A stretch of 64,000 nucleotides of DNA. Origin: Negaprion brevirostris (lineage: Eukaryota). Numbering within the stretch: the stretch's first letter is position 1; every line of letters starts with the position of its first letter. Below are positions 1 through 12,256 of the stretch, piece by piece. Location of the stretch: the NCBI GenBank assembly GCA_030324005.1, contig JARDVH010000001.1, positions 123,492,421-123,556,420 of the forward strand, written 5' to 3'. A program made the position numbers and the translations under genes. Under the pieces are notes generated by a model. That model saw nothing but the letters and a program-made list of their open reading frames with translations. It was not told where the DNA came from and searched no databases.

Positions 1-181
1 AGCATGGTCAGTCCACCTAACCTGCACACCTTTGGACTGTGGGAGGAAACCATAGCACCCAGAGAAAATCCACGCAGATACGGGGAGAATGTTCAAACAC
101 CACAGACAGTTACCCAAGCCAAGAATTGAGCTCGGGTTCCGGAAGGTGTGAGGCAGCAGTGCTAACCACTGTGTCACTGTT
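1..181 (-). mobile_element. HE1-type tRNA-derived SINE (partial)
   Basis: Reverse of the tRNA head (gcagtgctaaccactgtg) and of the central domain (tttggactgtgggaggaaac). Confidence 0.8.
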
Positions 182-475
182 GTGTATCCCTGAACTAAAA
201 CTGGCTCCAAAAACTCTTCGAAAAGAAGCTGTATGGTACCAAAAATCTGTTTGTGGGGGGAGAGGTAGAGAAAAATCACAAGTTTCACTATAAAATGAAA
301 TGTGCATTCATTTTTGCAGTAATTTCATCGCAGTGTTAATATAAGCCTACTTGTGACTAACTAATGAATAAACTTTAAACATTTCTAAATTCACCTTACT
401 ACAAACAGCGCTTCTATGTTCTCAAGCTTTTTCTCGTGCCCCTGAACTAGCAGCAGCAGAACGTTTACTGTATGG

Positions 476-735
476 GGTGGCACAGTAGCACAGTGCTGCT
501 TCACGGTGCCAGGGACCCAGGTTCGAGTCCTGGCTTGGGTCATTGTCTGTGTGGAGTTTGCATGTTCTCCCCATGTCTGCGTAGGTTTCTTCCGGATGCT
601 CTGGTTTCCTCCCATGTTCTTAAAGACGTGCTGGTTAGGTGCATTGATCCAAACAGGTGCCGGAGTGTGGCAACTAGAGGAATTTCACAGTAACTTAATT
701 GCAGTGTTAAACATTACTTGGGACTAATAAATAAA
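476..735 (+). mobile_element. HE1-type SINE with an alternative 3' tail
   Basis: A-box-like ggtggcacagt, B box GGTTCGAGTCC (520-530), central domain, and tail ...cagtaacttaattgcagtgttaa...aataaataaa. Confidence 0.8.
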
Positions 736-3700
736 ACTTTTTGTTTTAAAATATCTGCAACTTAATTGATTGACCTGTGTCCTGTTGCACTTTGTGTGTT
801 CATCTTTAGATGCCGTAACAATATTCTGTACTGTTTTCGATCTTCCAGCTTCTTTGGGCACTTTGTCAGCTTCTCTTTTTCTTCAGATTGATATTATGCA
901 AGCGAAAAGGAAAATTATAATCTGTTTTGGAATCAACTTCTGTACAGAAGCTTGCACATCTACCATCTTGGTGCTATGCATCTGGGAGATGTGTTATATT
1001 TTATTGTCTGAAGGATCAGTGTTCAAATTAACTTCCAATGCTGCCAAACAATGGAAGTGCTTTCTGCACATAGTTCACTAAACTGCCTAGTGGAGCTTAC
1101 CTCCCTGATAACGATGGACACAAACAAAATCTGAATGCAGCACAACTCCTGTTTGCTATGCATCACTTTTTAAAAGAAAAAACTGTACTGGATTTCTAAA
1201 GCTCAGCAAGAGAAATCAAAATCTATGATGCAAAGTTGACTTGCGCTATGTCCAGTCATGACAACAGTGAAAATAAAGATATGATAGTTGTTAAAAAAAA
1301 GAGAGTTGAGAGAGGATGATCTCTTTTGATGATAATTGAAAACTTTGAGATTTATGTTACGCCAGCTTTTAGGAGTCCTTGTGAATGCTTAGGCCTGTAC
1401 TGAACAGCCAACAGATCAAACATTGAACCTGGATCTCACTGACCTGTGTGAGGCAATGACTCATTGCTCGACATGTTTATAAGCTGAACTGTTTGAGAGC
1501 TCCCTCCTATATGCTTCTATTTCCTTTCTCTATTTTGGTTGGCCTTTTTAAATGCAGAATAAAAATATTTATGTGGAAAACTTAAGAGTTAATGGTTCTT
1601 GGCTAATAAACAACAGATAAATCACAAATTTATAGTCCAGTTAGATTTTCTATGTGTAACAGATGTTTGAAGCACATAAACAATGATTCATGAAGCACAA
1701 AGCCAAAAAAAAGTATCATTTTAAAATGAAATTTTGTTGCAGATTGTCTGAATCACTTCATTACTCTACATTTATAACAAAACTGAATCTTTGCAATTTT
1801 GTTGTGTATTGCTTGCATGGGTAGATGGAAAGATTAGAAATTTGTGTAGTTTTCCCCAACACACCAGTGAATCAGGAGAGGAGTGGGAGGGTACATACAA
1901 ATCTGTGCTTCCTGGTCAAGCCTGACCCATCCCATGGCAAACTCCATAGGTATCTGGGGAAGAGTGTCAGAATCCCTTCACTTGCCCTCTTTCCAGTTCC
2001 ACCAGCGGAAGCAACCACCTTCAGAATGAAATTCCATGGAAAAGAAAACAAACAGGAAAATATCCACATTTATTTGAGTTATTCATATTATGGGCTCTTT
2101 GCCCCTTTTGAGATGGGGAAGTGGGGTGTTGTTTGATACAGATTTTTCAACGGCTGTTGTCAATATTCAATCGTATGTTCGTTGAAATAAGGCGTGTGTT
2201 GGTGACATGTAGCCATTGAAAATGGCCAAGAGTCGTTTGTGGTAGGCAGTTATGTTTGAACACTCAATTCAGATGGGTTTCAAACTTGAGCCACGTGAAC
2301 TGCCATCTACAGCTAAAAGTTCAAAATAAATCGAGTAAAAGGACACAACAACTTAACTGAACTACTGCGCAATTTGCAAAGGCAAGCACTGTGACAGACA
2401 CAGAACAAGGACTATCCAGGGTATATTTGAGTTTTTCTTGAATTATTTTGTTTGCCATTGAAGATGCTACATGTTATGTGATATGGGTGCCAGCAGCTCT
2501 TAGGCTGTTCAATAATAAACAATTTCACAGTCCATCCTAATCTTGTATTTACTAATCAGTATAAAAAAAAATCAAAAATCCTGGCGCTTCTTTTTTCCTT
2601 GCCTTACCCCAGCTCCATTCCAAAAACTCTAGGGAAATTACAGCGCACACATTTCTATCTCCACATCAATCAGCGGATGGTGACCAAACTTAAATTTGAA
2701 TTGAATATTTTCTGGCAGTTTATTAGACTGCACCTGATAAAGCATCGCCCACATCAATTGAACCAGATCAGTTGACGGTTATATTTATAGAATCATAGTG
2801 TGAATCAAAAGCCTGTGTGCTTCTGGGGAGAAAACTATGCCAGAACTTTCTGGCCATTCACACTAGTGGGAATTTGTGATCTCCCCGCACACCCCTGTTG
2901 TGGATTTCGCAGCCGCGAGGAATGCATTCAGTGGGAAGCATATTGCAAGAAGTGGGTGTGTTGCTCTGAGACAATATCAGCAAAGTGGTGGTTTTCAGCA
3001 TAGTGACCCTTCTGCCCCTTGAGTGCCTTTTACGAAGGGACTACCACCACCATACACCCCAGGACCCCACAAGCAAACATACTTGTACACAGCCCAAAAA
3101 GCAAGGCTGTGACTACTGCCCTGTTGAATACCACCAAGTGGAGAGATTGGGCAATAAATTGCCTTCAGATCCTGGACTTGGAATATAACTGGGAAGGCAT
3201 GGTGTCCCACTGAAAAAAAATGCCCACCCTTGCCTCCGAATTTGCCACGGCAAAGGACATTAAATTCCACCTGTCAGTTCCATTCTCAACTCCTCAGATG
3301 AGGAACCTGTCCATGTCCACATGGAGCAAGACCTGGACACGATCCAGACTTAGGTTGCCAAGTGGCAAGTAACATTCATACCATTGTCAAGCAATGGACA
3401 TTGCAACAAATCTTTTAACTGTCACTCCTTACCATTCAGTGACAGTGTCAGTACCAAATCCCATCCAATAACTTACTGGGGGCTCACAATTGACCAGAAA
3501 CTTTAAGTTGACCAGCTATAAAATTTACCTTTGCTACTACAGCATATCAAAAGTTAGTTACTTTGCAGTGTGTACCTGACATCTCAAAATTGTCACCTGA
3601 GTCTTTGGGCTTGGGAGGAGAAAATTGCCACGTTAGGGACTCATGTATGCTCACCTTCCTGTCTGTCCATTTGATGGATCATCCATTTCCACTACACACT

Positions 3701-5647
3701 CCCCATCCTCTTTCAACTTTCTGAAGAGGGAATTTCCTCTGATTTCCCCCAGACACATCTTTTGCTCCAATAATTTCTGAAATGATTATCTCCTTTCATC
3801 TTGCATAACCATATTCTTTGTCTTCAGTCATTCCTTGACTTCCATCCAGTCACATACTATTCTCTCTTTTTCACTTCATACCTCTTTCCTACGCTCTGTT
3901 TTTCCATAAACTGCCCAATCTGTAACATTTCCAGTATCTTCCTGATACAGGATCGTTTACTGAACTGTTAACCCTACCTTTACCTCTCTGCAGAAGCTGC
4001 CTGAATCAGGGTTTCCAGCATTTTTCTGTTTTAACTTTTAGAAGGCAATTCATCTTTGGGTTTGTACAACTGATCTCTATCTGGTGACCTCTGCTAAAAG
4101 TGCAAAATGATGAGGACAGAACCCAGCTTAGAGCAGTGCTGTCCAAGGTCAAATAGTTTACCGATACTATGCCAACGATCATGCATTAATAATGGCCACT
4201 TGACCAAGATATTGGTGATGCCTGGAGCTCATTGACTGACTGCTTGCAAAGCTGCAGTTCAATTCTTTTTGTAAAAGAAGGAAGATAAATGAAGAAATGT
4301 CTTTCTCTGCTTTCATGAGAAACAACACCATCTTTTTGTCTAAAGATGTTGTTGCTTAGGTACTCCTATAGGGAACACAAATCACTTCAAGGCATGCTTC
4401 AAACAGTCAGGATGACTGTGCTAAAACTGAATATAGTTTCCTTAGTCAGGGCACATTTCAGTTGGCTGTTTGTAGTTTTCTAAAGCATCCCCACCCTGTA
4501 CTGAAGGAGCTGCACCCACATGCTTTTCATATTGGGAGGGTGGCAGTGAGCTGTTGGTGTGTGTCTGTAAAATAGTTACCTAGAAATTGGAAGAAATTTT
4601 GATTCTCCTAATGTTCTGTGGGTAACTATTGATGGAACCCAGAGGAAACCACCTGAAGTTTGTGATCTTAGCTGCATTTCTGAATGCTTCCCAGGGCAGG
4701 GCAATTGCTGTATCTCCCGCACCCACCCTCCTCCATAAGATACGCCCTCGTACTCAGATGTTACAGCCCTTGTGTCAAAGCAGCAGCAGTGGTGGAAAAA
4801 AGTTACTTGAATACATTGGTTAGCAATTGTAAACTGTAAAACCCATTTTCATTGAACTAGAATATATGGAATTGCATTGTGCGGCTGCCTGAATGATTCA
4901 TTGAGTAGCTGAGCTATGCAGAGTCTGAAGGTCTGGGGTTTGATGCCTGACTTGTGTTACGTTCATTGTTCTCAGCTGTTTGTGTGGTCAGCAGGTCAGC
5001 CTGTCAGTCCCCAGCAGGTGACAGGATGAGTGCAAAATACACTCACTACTCTGACTGTAGCCTCAGGACATTTTAATTCTGGGGCTTCTCTACTTGTCAC
5101 TGGTCAGCTCCATGTCTGAAATGTGAGGAGAGCACAGCCAGCCAATGGGCAGAAGCAGAAGTTCAGGCAGTCAGGGACTGCTGACTGTTGTGGGGAAGGA
5201 GCCTCAGAAGTATCCCATAGGCAAGGACATGGCAGGAGAGATTGGGCCGTCTCTTGTGAGACTTTGAGAAGCATTCTGCTTGGCCAAAGCCCACACTTGA
5301 AGGAATTAGTATAACTGGGTTCTCCCAAAATATGCTGAGCTACTTTAGTCTGGTGGGAAAGTCACAATGGCTTACCCACTCAGGTGAGTTTAAATCTGAT
5401 TGGGATTCTGCATTAGTATACATTTGAGTTCCACATGGTTCTAGCCAGTGACTCAGCCATTGAACTGCAATGAGAAGTTAAAGTGTAATCTGTGGGGTTC
5501 CCAGGGGTATGGGATGTTGGGGTTTGATACTCCATTTTGAGGCCACCCTGTCTCACTTCACCAGATGGATTAAATCTCCCCCCACCACTCCTAAAATATA
5601 TTTTAAATGTTGCTTCTTATCATCCGCTTGGTTTCTACTGCAAGCCC

Positions 5648-5918
5648 ATAGAACCCCTACAGTGCAGGAGGAGGCCATTTGGCCCATTGAGTCAATTCTA
5701 AAAGAGCACTCTACCTGCCCACCCTCCCTGCTCAATTCCTGTAACTCCATGTATTAATAATGGCCAATTCACCTAATCTGCACATCTTTGCACAGTGGGA
5801 GGAGACCCATGCAGACACAGAGAGAACATGCAAACTCCACACAAACCGTCACCCAAGGCCAGAATCAACCATGGGTCTCTGGTGCAGTGAGGCAGCAGTG
5901 CTTGCCACTGTGCTGCCC
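5648..5918 (-). mobile_element. HE1-type SINE
   Basis: catagaacccctacagtgcag tail and gcagtgcttgccactgtgctgcc head, both in reverse. Confidence 0.8.
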
Positions 5919-5961
5919 TTTTGCACATTGAGTTGCCACCACCCTAGAGAGTGGCACATGT

Positions 5962-6406
5962 CATAAGAACATAAGAAATAGGTGTAGCTGATCTGATAGT
6001 GGTTCAGTTCCACTTACCTGCCTGCTCCCCATAACCCTTAATTCCCTTATTGATCAGAAATCTNNNNNNNNNNNNNNNNNNNNNNNNNNNNNNNNNNNNN
6101 NNNNNNNNNNNNNNNNNNNNNNNNNNNNNNNNNNNNNNNNNNNNNNNNNNNNNNNNNNNNNNNNNNNNNNNNNNNNNNNNNNNNNNNNNNNNNNNNNNNN
6201 NNNNNNNNNNNNNNNNNNNNNNNNNNNNNNNNNNNNNNNNNNNNNNNNNNNNNNNNNNNNNNNNNNNNNNNNNNNNNNNNNNNNNNNNNNNNNNNNNNNN
6301 NNNNNNNNNNNNNNNGCCTTCTAAACTCCAACGAGTACAGGCCCAACCTACTCAATCTCTCCTCATAAGCTAACCTCCTCATCTCTGGAATCAACCTGGT
6401 GAACCT
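5962..6406 (-). mobile_element. 5'-truncated CR1-clade LINE 3' end (partly in a gap)
   Basis: (CATAAGAA)n tail on the + strand. The minus frame gives RFTRLIPEMRRLAYEERLSRLGLYSLEFRR, the CR1 ORF2 C-terminal motif. Confidence 0.9.
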
Positions 6407-6408
6407 AA

Positions 6409-6656
6409 TCCAGCCCTGCTTTGCACCCTGAGCAACCCAGGCCTTTAAGCTAGTCCTCATCCCAAAGTTACCGGTCTGACTTGCCAATTTCCTTTACCTA
6501 CATTGTTCTAATGTGCCACAACATGCCAGAGGCTGTTCACCTTGGAGACCTGCTCCAAATATGGGTACGGTCCAGCGTGAGATTTACAACATCTTCCCCC
6601 AAATATTAAAAGGCTAATGAGAGCTCCCCAAATGCTGCTGGAATCACAACACTTCC
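6409..6656 (-). pseudogene. Degenerate 28S rRNA fragment
   Basis: The + strand reads ...ttacctacattgttc...catgccagaggctgttcaccttggagacctgct...atatgggtacgg...gagatttaca, the reverse complement of a conserved LSU core segment. Many differences are CpG-to-TpG/CpA changes. Confidence 0.88.
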
Positions 6657-7842
6657 CTGTTTACCCTGTAATCTGGGAAGGTGGATTAACACTATATGCT
6701 ATTGTTTGCCATGAACACCTGTGCTGGTATCTTTAGTTTCATTGTTAGTTTAATGATAAGATAGTAGGTGCCGATCTCAGCTAGCTTTTCCCCCTCAAAA
6801 ATTGAAAGATTTGGTGACTGAGCTAAGATGCAGTTTGAGGATTTAAGATTCTGGGCAAATGCAACAGGTTCTGTGTGAAATGAGCTCGCCAAACTCCAAG
6901 GATGCTTTAGCAAGGAAGCTTCTAATGTGATGAAGAAAGGACAGGGAAAGTAAGGTGTAAAATGGACATTCTTGGGGGAATTTGATCTGCAACAGTGGGG
7001 TTAAACAGATAGCAAATGGATAGCCCATTAAAAACTAAAGTAAGGTGTGGTGTAAAAGGGTGGGCAATTTGCTGTTACTCTTTGTGCTATCGCTGATGAC
7101 CCAGTATTTTAAGTCACTTGCAGGAGTGCATTAACACACCTAGTCTACTTTAATGAGTCACTGGAACACCTGAATGAGCCATTTTCTGATAATTGAAAAA
7201 AAAGCAAACACAAAATATTTTGTAACTGAGTTGTATTTTAGTGGTTATGCTGGATTTCTGTGACACTACTTTCTTTGGAATCCAGGCATCATATCTAAAA
7301 TCTTGCCGGGTGAAGAGCCACACCCAGATAACTGCCCATTACAGCATGCTCAAATTCTTGTTTTACATCATTAACAAAAGAAGCAAAATCAAATGTAAAA
7401 ACTTCTCTCAGACAAAAATTGACACCATACCAAAGGAGATGATCCTAAAGGTGAGTCAAAGCCAGTTTTTTTTTTTGCTATGCCTCAATCCTGACTTTCA
7501 TATAGTAGCATCAACATGTAATGCCGCAATTTAAAGGAATACAAAACAATTGTCATGCTTTGATTTCCACAATGCACAAGTGTGTAAGAAAGTGTAGAGC
7601 TGGGCCCAAGAGTAAAGGAATCAACTTGCTGTGTTCTTCAACATCATCAGACACTTCTGTAGTGACATAGGTGAACTGTCAATTTTAGCCACTGTAAGAC
7701 TAAAGGAAAAAAAATGCTTCGACTTTCAACTTCCCTTTAATCCCTGACAATTGGTTTTTCTTTGTAAAAGTTTGTGTGCAGGTGCTACTTTGGGTTAGAT
7801 TCAAACAGATTCAGTCCATGAGCTGACTATAAAAACACCCAA

Positions 7843-8125
7843 AAGACTTGCATTTATATAGTGCCTTTCATGATCTCTAGATATCTCAATGCATTTCACT
7901 TATTCACTGTATTAATGTAGAAACATGGCAGCTAATTTGTGCACACCAGATTTCCACAAACAATAATGTGATAATGATCAGAAAATCTGTTTTTGTGATG
8001 CTGATTGAGGGATAAATATTGGCCCCAACACCAGGGTAATTCCCTACTCTTCCAAATAGTGTCATGGAACCTTTCACCTGAGCAGACAAATGGTCCTTCT
8101 TTTAACAATATCTCTGATGGTACAA
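7843..8125 (-). mobile_element. DeuSINE (SacSINE1/AmnSINE1-like)
   Basis: Minus strand has the Deu-domain-like ...ggtgttggggccaatatttatccctcaatcagcatcac...cattattgtttgtgga...caaattagctgcc and an L2-type tail ...tatataaatgcaagtc. More decayed copies at about 41690-42010 and 50850-51090 (+). Confidence 0.75.
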
Positions 8126-11100
8126 AACACCTTGATTTTTGATTGCCTTGATTTTTACATGGGGTAGGGTACCTCAATTAAATAAATATTTTTGGAGTCC
8201 TGCCCACCACCTGGCCAGATTGACTAGCTATTGTGTGAGAATGGGAACTTGACACCATGGGGCCACAAGCAGGGAGCCTTGGGAACAGTCTGAGGCAGTT
8301 TGTGGTTGGAGAGGTTTCCTCACAGCAGGGAAAGGGATAGACTGAGGTTTCCTTTGACCAACTTTTGGGGGAATGATGGGACTGGTGATTTTCCCCAAAG
8401 TTTATGGGGATTCCAGGATTGGGAATTATCTGAGGGCATGGTGTTTGGGGATGAGAGTCCCACTGACCTATATTGCCTCATATGGACTTCATGGACAGGC
8501 AATGTTAAAATTAACCTGAGTTGCTTCTTAGCAGTGGACCTTCCCATCCTGTTGTTGACGCTGGGCTTGCTATGGACCTTAAAATGATGTTGTGCTCTCG
8601 ATTACATCTAGAGTTTCAACTTCTGAATCTTAAATAGGTTTTTAGTAGGAATCTTGTCAATAGCCTTTGACAGAGTGGACACTTGAGGATATGGCTGCTT
8701 GGAGACACAATTTAGGATTTTTAACCCTTCCTGCCTGTCAATTTCGAGATTCTTATTCTTATACAACAAAATCCTGCTCCTTTTATCCTGACGGTAGGGT
8801 CATGCACTCTGGTTTTAGTGGGACAGTGATTCTGCTCCCTTAATAATTAAGGTAGATTTGGAGTTATGAATACAAGCGACAGAATTGTATGTTTTCCCCA
8901 TTGGTGACTGTTAGGGGCAATAGGAAGAGGGAAGGGCTGTCTCTCATATGGCTTTCCCAACTCTCTGCAGTTTTATGGTGGGATGGCTCATTGAGGAACT
9001 TCAAAGGCCAGTTAATNNNNNNNNNNCCACCCCGTCTCAATCTTCAGGCTGGCAGCAGAAGTTCAGGAGTTGCGGGGGTGGGGATGGGTGGGTGGGTGTA
9101 GTAGTCTCACCTCCTCTGCCCATCTTGAAACCCCCACATTTACCTGGTTTTGCAGTCCCAGTCCTGTCCCCTGCAGATTGTGGTGCTGCAGGGACCAAAA
9201 AGCTGCCAATCAGTTTGGCCCAAGCACTCTGAGGCTGGACTTCATCTAGACTAAGGGGCAAAAATCCCATCTCCAGCCAGTTAATCTCCTTGGACCATTA
9301 AATACACAGTGATGTGTTGATTTTAGGATGGTGGGGTTTCTCCTCCCCCGAACCAAAGAGTAAGGAACTTTCAAAAAAATTTACACTCTATTCTCGCGTA
9401 AGTACAAAGGCCTGAAAAGTTAACTCTTATTTCTGTGTTGCTGATGCTGCCTGGCCTGCTGAGTATTTCTAGAATTTTTGTTTTCATTATACATTTCCAA
9501 TACCAATATTTTGCTTTTTGTTGTAGCTTGCTGCCATCTTTTCTTTATTGTTTTTCATATTTCCACATTTGTAACAGGGTGACCTATCACAGGGAAGATG
9601 AAGGAACAGCCTGCCGGGGGATCCATAAAATTGATGGGAGTGTGTCGGAGCTGTGAGATTGGGAGGGATGGGTGCTGCCCCAGCTATGAGAGTGGGAGGG
9701 GAGGGGGGGGCTTGCTGCTAGTGGAGCNNNNNNNNNNNNNNNNNNNNNNNNNNNNNNNNNNNNNNNNNNNNNNNNNNNNNNNATAAACGAATTCTGAGAT
9801 TTTTCCATTCTAATCTTTTTACAAAGTGGCTGTGTGGTGAAGTGCACCAGGAGTTTTAATTTTCATTCCACAGGACGATGCAGTGTTCACTATCGGGGAG
9901 TGGCCCTCCAAATTTCACCTGGAAAGACCAGTTTGTCTTGCATTGTCGCAAAGTGCAAGTTTTGGATGGAGGTAGACCATGCAAATGCTGGTGTGGGGTG
10001 TGCCCCAGTTCACACAAATGCCGTGAAAGGAATGTGTTCTGACAATGTACAGATTTATGCAGTAGGAATCTGTGGTGAAACTAATAAAGGTTCCTGAAGG
10101 TGGAAAGACTGCTGCACTTTGCCACTCCCTGAGATTAAGTTGTGAAACTCCTCTTCAGGACCAGGTTTATGACCGTAATGTTAAACCTCATGGCAAAATT
10201 GCACTTGTCTCTGTCTTGGCTAGCATGTTACTGATCAATGGAGTGAGGATGGCCTGAGTAAAATGCTCTTTCTGAAAGTTGGTGCAGACTCAATGGGTCA
10301 AATGGCCTTCTGCACTGTAGGGCGTTTATGGTTCTTTGGTTCTGTGTTGTTGTGGATATCCCAAGTTGCTTGGATTTGTTATATTTCAATTGCCCATGGA
10401 CAGTCAGTGATAATCAAGTGTCTATGCATTTCCAGCTGAAAATCAGACTCCATATGTAGACTCGTGGCTCCACAGCTAACTGTAATTTCCAGTACTGTCG
10501 CTCCTGCTCTGAAGCAAGGGACTTTGCTGCAAGCTGGATGGAAATAACTTGAGATAGGCCTTGCAAGATCAGGAATTTCCACCCACAGCGTGCAACAGGG
10601 TTTCTGAAGCAGCGGTGAAATTAAGTAAAAATAAGAGAAGCTTGATGCAAATTTTTGCTGCAGTCTTCTGTGTTTTCAAGAACTGGTGGTTTTGAAAATA
10701 TCTAAAGCTTAAGTTCTGGCCGGCCTGTACCTCATTGCAACTTCACCTAAGTGCATGTCAGATATCTATGTTTTTTCTTTTAGTCTGGAGAGCTATTGTT
10801 CAATATCTGTAAATTTTCTAGGTTATCTTGTACATCATTTGAAATCTGCCTGTGGCATCTAGTTTTGTCCCTGTGAAACTAGGTTTCAATAAATTGAGGT
10901 AAAACTACCATATTAAAGCACTGTAAATGCTTTTGTTTAGAAGTCTGAAGCCGCACAAGCTGCAACTCACTGAACTTTTACTCCTCAGCAAGGAACTTGA
11001 CTAATAACTTGGAAGATGACTCCTTGTGGCTTCAAGTTATGAAAAGTTTATTATCAATAATATTTATACATGTACAAGCAATGGCTTACAGAAGTGCAAT

Positions 11101-11859
11101 GCACAGTCATCCTGTTCTTCTCTCTGGATCTAATTGAGGTTCCTCCCTGATCTGGATGCACGCTTGNNNNNNNNNNNNNNNNNNNNNNNNNNNNNNNNNN
11201 NNNNNNNNNNNNNNNNNNNNNNNNNNNNNNNNNNNNNNNNNNNNNNNNNNNNNNNNNNNNNNNNNNTTGTACCTGATTAGCATGGCTTTCCACACTGCCT
11301 CTCCGTAGGGTCTGGCCTGATCATGTGGCCCTCGGATTGTCCCTTTAAAGAGACCACGCTAACTAAATGCAGGATTGAATCAACTAAATTTCATCTGTTG
11401 GACAATAGCACAATATCATCCCAAACAACAAGATATTGCTGAGGGCAAGAATGTTTGTGTTTAACCCAGACTGGACATAAAAGTATTTTAATGTAGAAAG
11501 GAAGAGCACCTGCAGGAATATTCAGTAATACAGCTATTAAGAGTTATTGCAAGTTACAAATACAATAAGCTATGAAGAAGTTTTTAAGGTGCAACAGTCT
11601 TGATATTTATAGCCAGAATTCCAGAAGGTTGGACTGCAGGATGAAGTAGTTTTAAATTTTGAGTTCTAGGAACAGAATTTATTTACCAAGTTTTGAAAAA
11701 GAGACAAAATATATTTATTGTGCTATTAGGCTGGAGTTTGGGGATAGTAAAAGACTTATTTTTTAGCCCATCTCTTGCCCAATCTAATATGATGCCTTCG
11801 ATCCAAGGGCCCAGCAGTGATTTGTTTGGTAGCCCTTCCCTTTTTGGCTGTGCGGTGTT

Positions 11860-12210
11860 ATAAGAACATAAGAAAGAGGAGCAGGAGTAGGCCATCTAGC
11901 CCTTCGAGCCTGCCCCACCATTCAANNNNNNNNNNNNNNNNNNNNNNNNNNNNNNNNNNNNNNNNNNNNNNNNNNNNNNNNNNNNNNNNNNNNNNNNNNN
12001 NNNNNNNNNNNNNNNNNNNNNNNNNACCATTGGAATATATTTCTGCTGAGCACCGAAAAAGATCTCCTTAAAGATCCTCCACTGTTCCTCAGCAGTCCTA
12101 CCAACCAATCTGCGCCCCCAACCTACATTTGCCAATTCTCCTCTCATCCTATCATACTCCCCTCTGTTCAAACAGAGGACACAGGTTCGGGACCCTACTT
12201 TCTCATCCAT
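11860..12210 (-). mobile_element. Young CR1 LINE copy, collapsed across a gap
   Basis: CR1 tail taagaacataagaa...gagtaggccat, then a 100-N gap, then the ORF2 post-endonuclease region (EKVGSRTCVLCLNRG...EEQWRIFKEIF). Confidence 0.88.
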
Positions 12211-12217
12211 GAGAAAT

Positions 12218-12256
12218 CTAGTGAAGTCTAGTGTTAGTCTAGTGTTAATCTAGTGA
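12218..12256. repeat. Short tandem repeat, about 4 copies of a 10-11 bp CTAGTG-containing unit
   Basis: ctagtgaagt ctagtgttagt ctagtgttaat ctagtgaa, next to the 5' end of a CR1 copy. Confidence 0.7.

Noticed and set aside
476-545. tRNA gene (A box and B box present)
   Set aside because: It is the tRNA-derived head of a SINE, followed by SINE body; there is no cloverleaf or Pol III terminator.
6409-6656. Functional rDNA unit or R2-type target site
   Set aside because: Only about 250 bp and heavily mutated, with no neighbouring 18S/5.8S/ITS sequence; the adjacent element is CR1, not R2.
7412-7450. 39-nt exon-like segment (ttctctcag...|gtgagt) as the missing upstream SH3D19 exon
   Set aside because: It resembles a common old repeat (similar to about 60780-60815), and no frame resembles the expected SH3D19 peptide.
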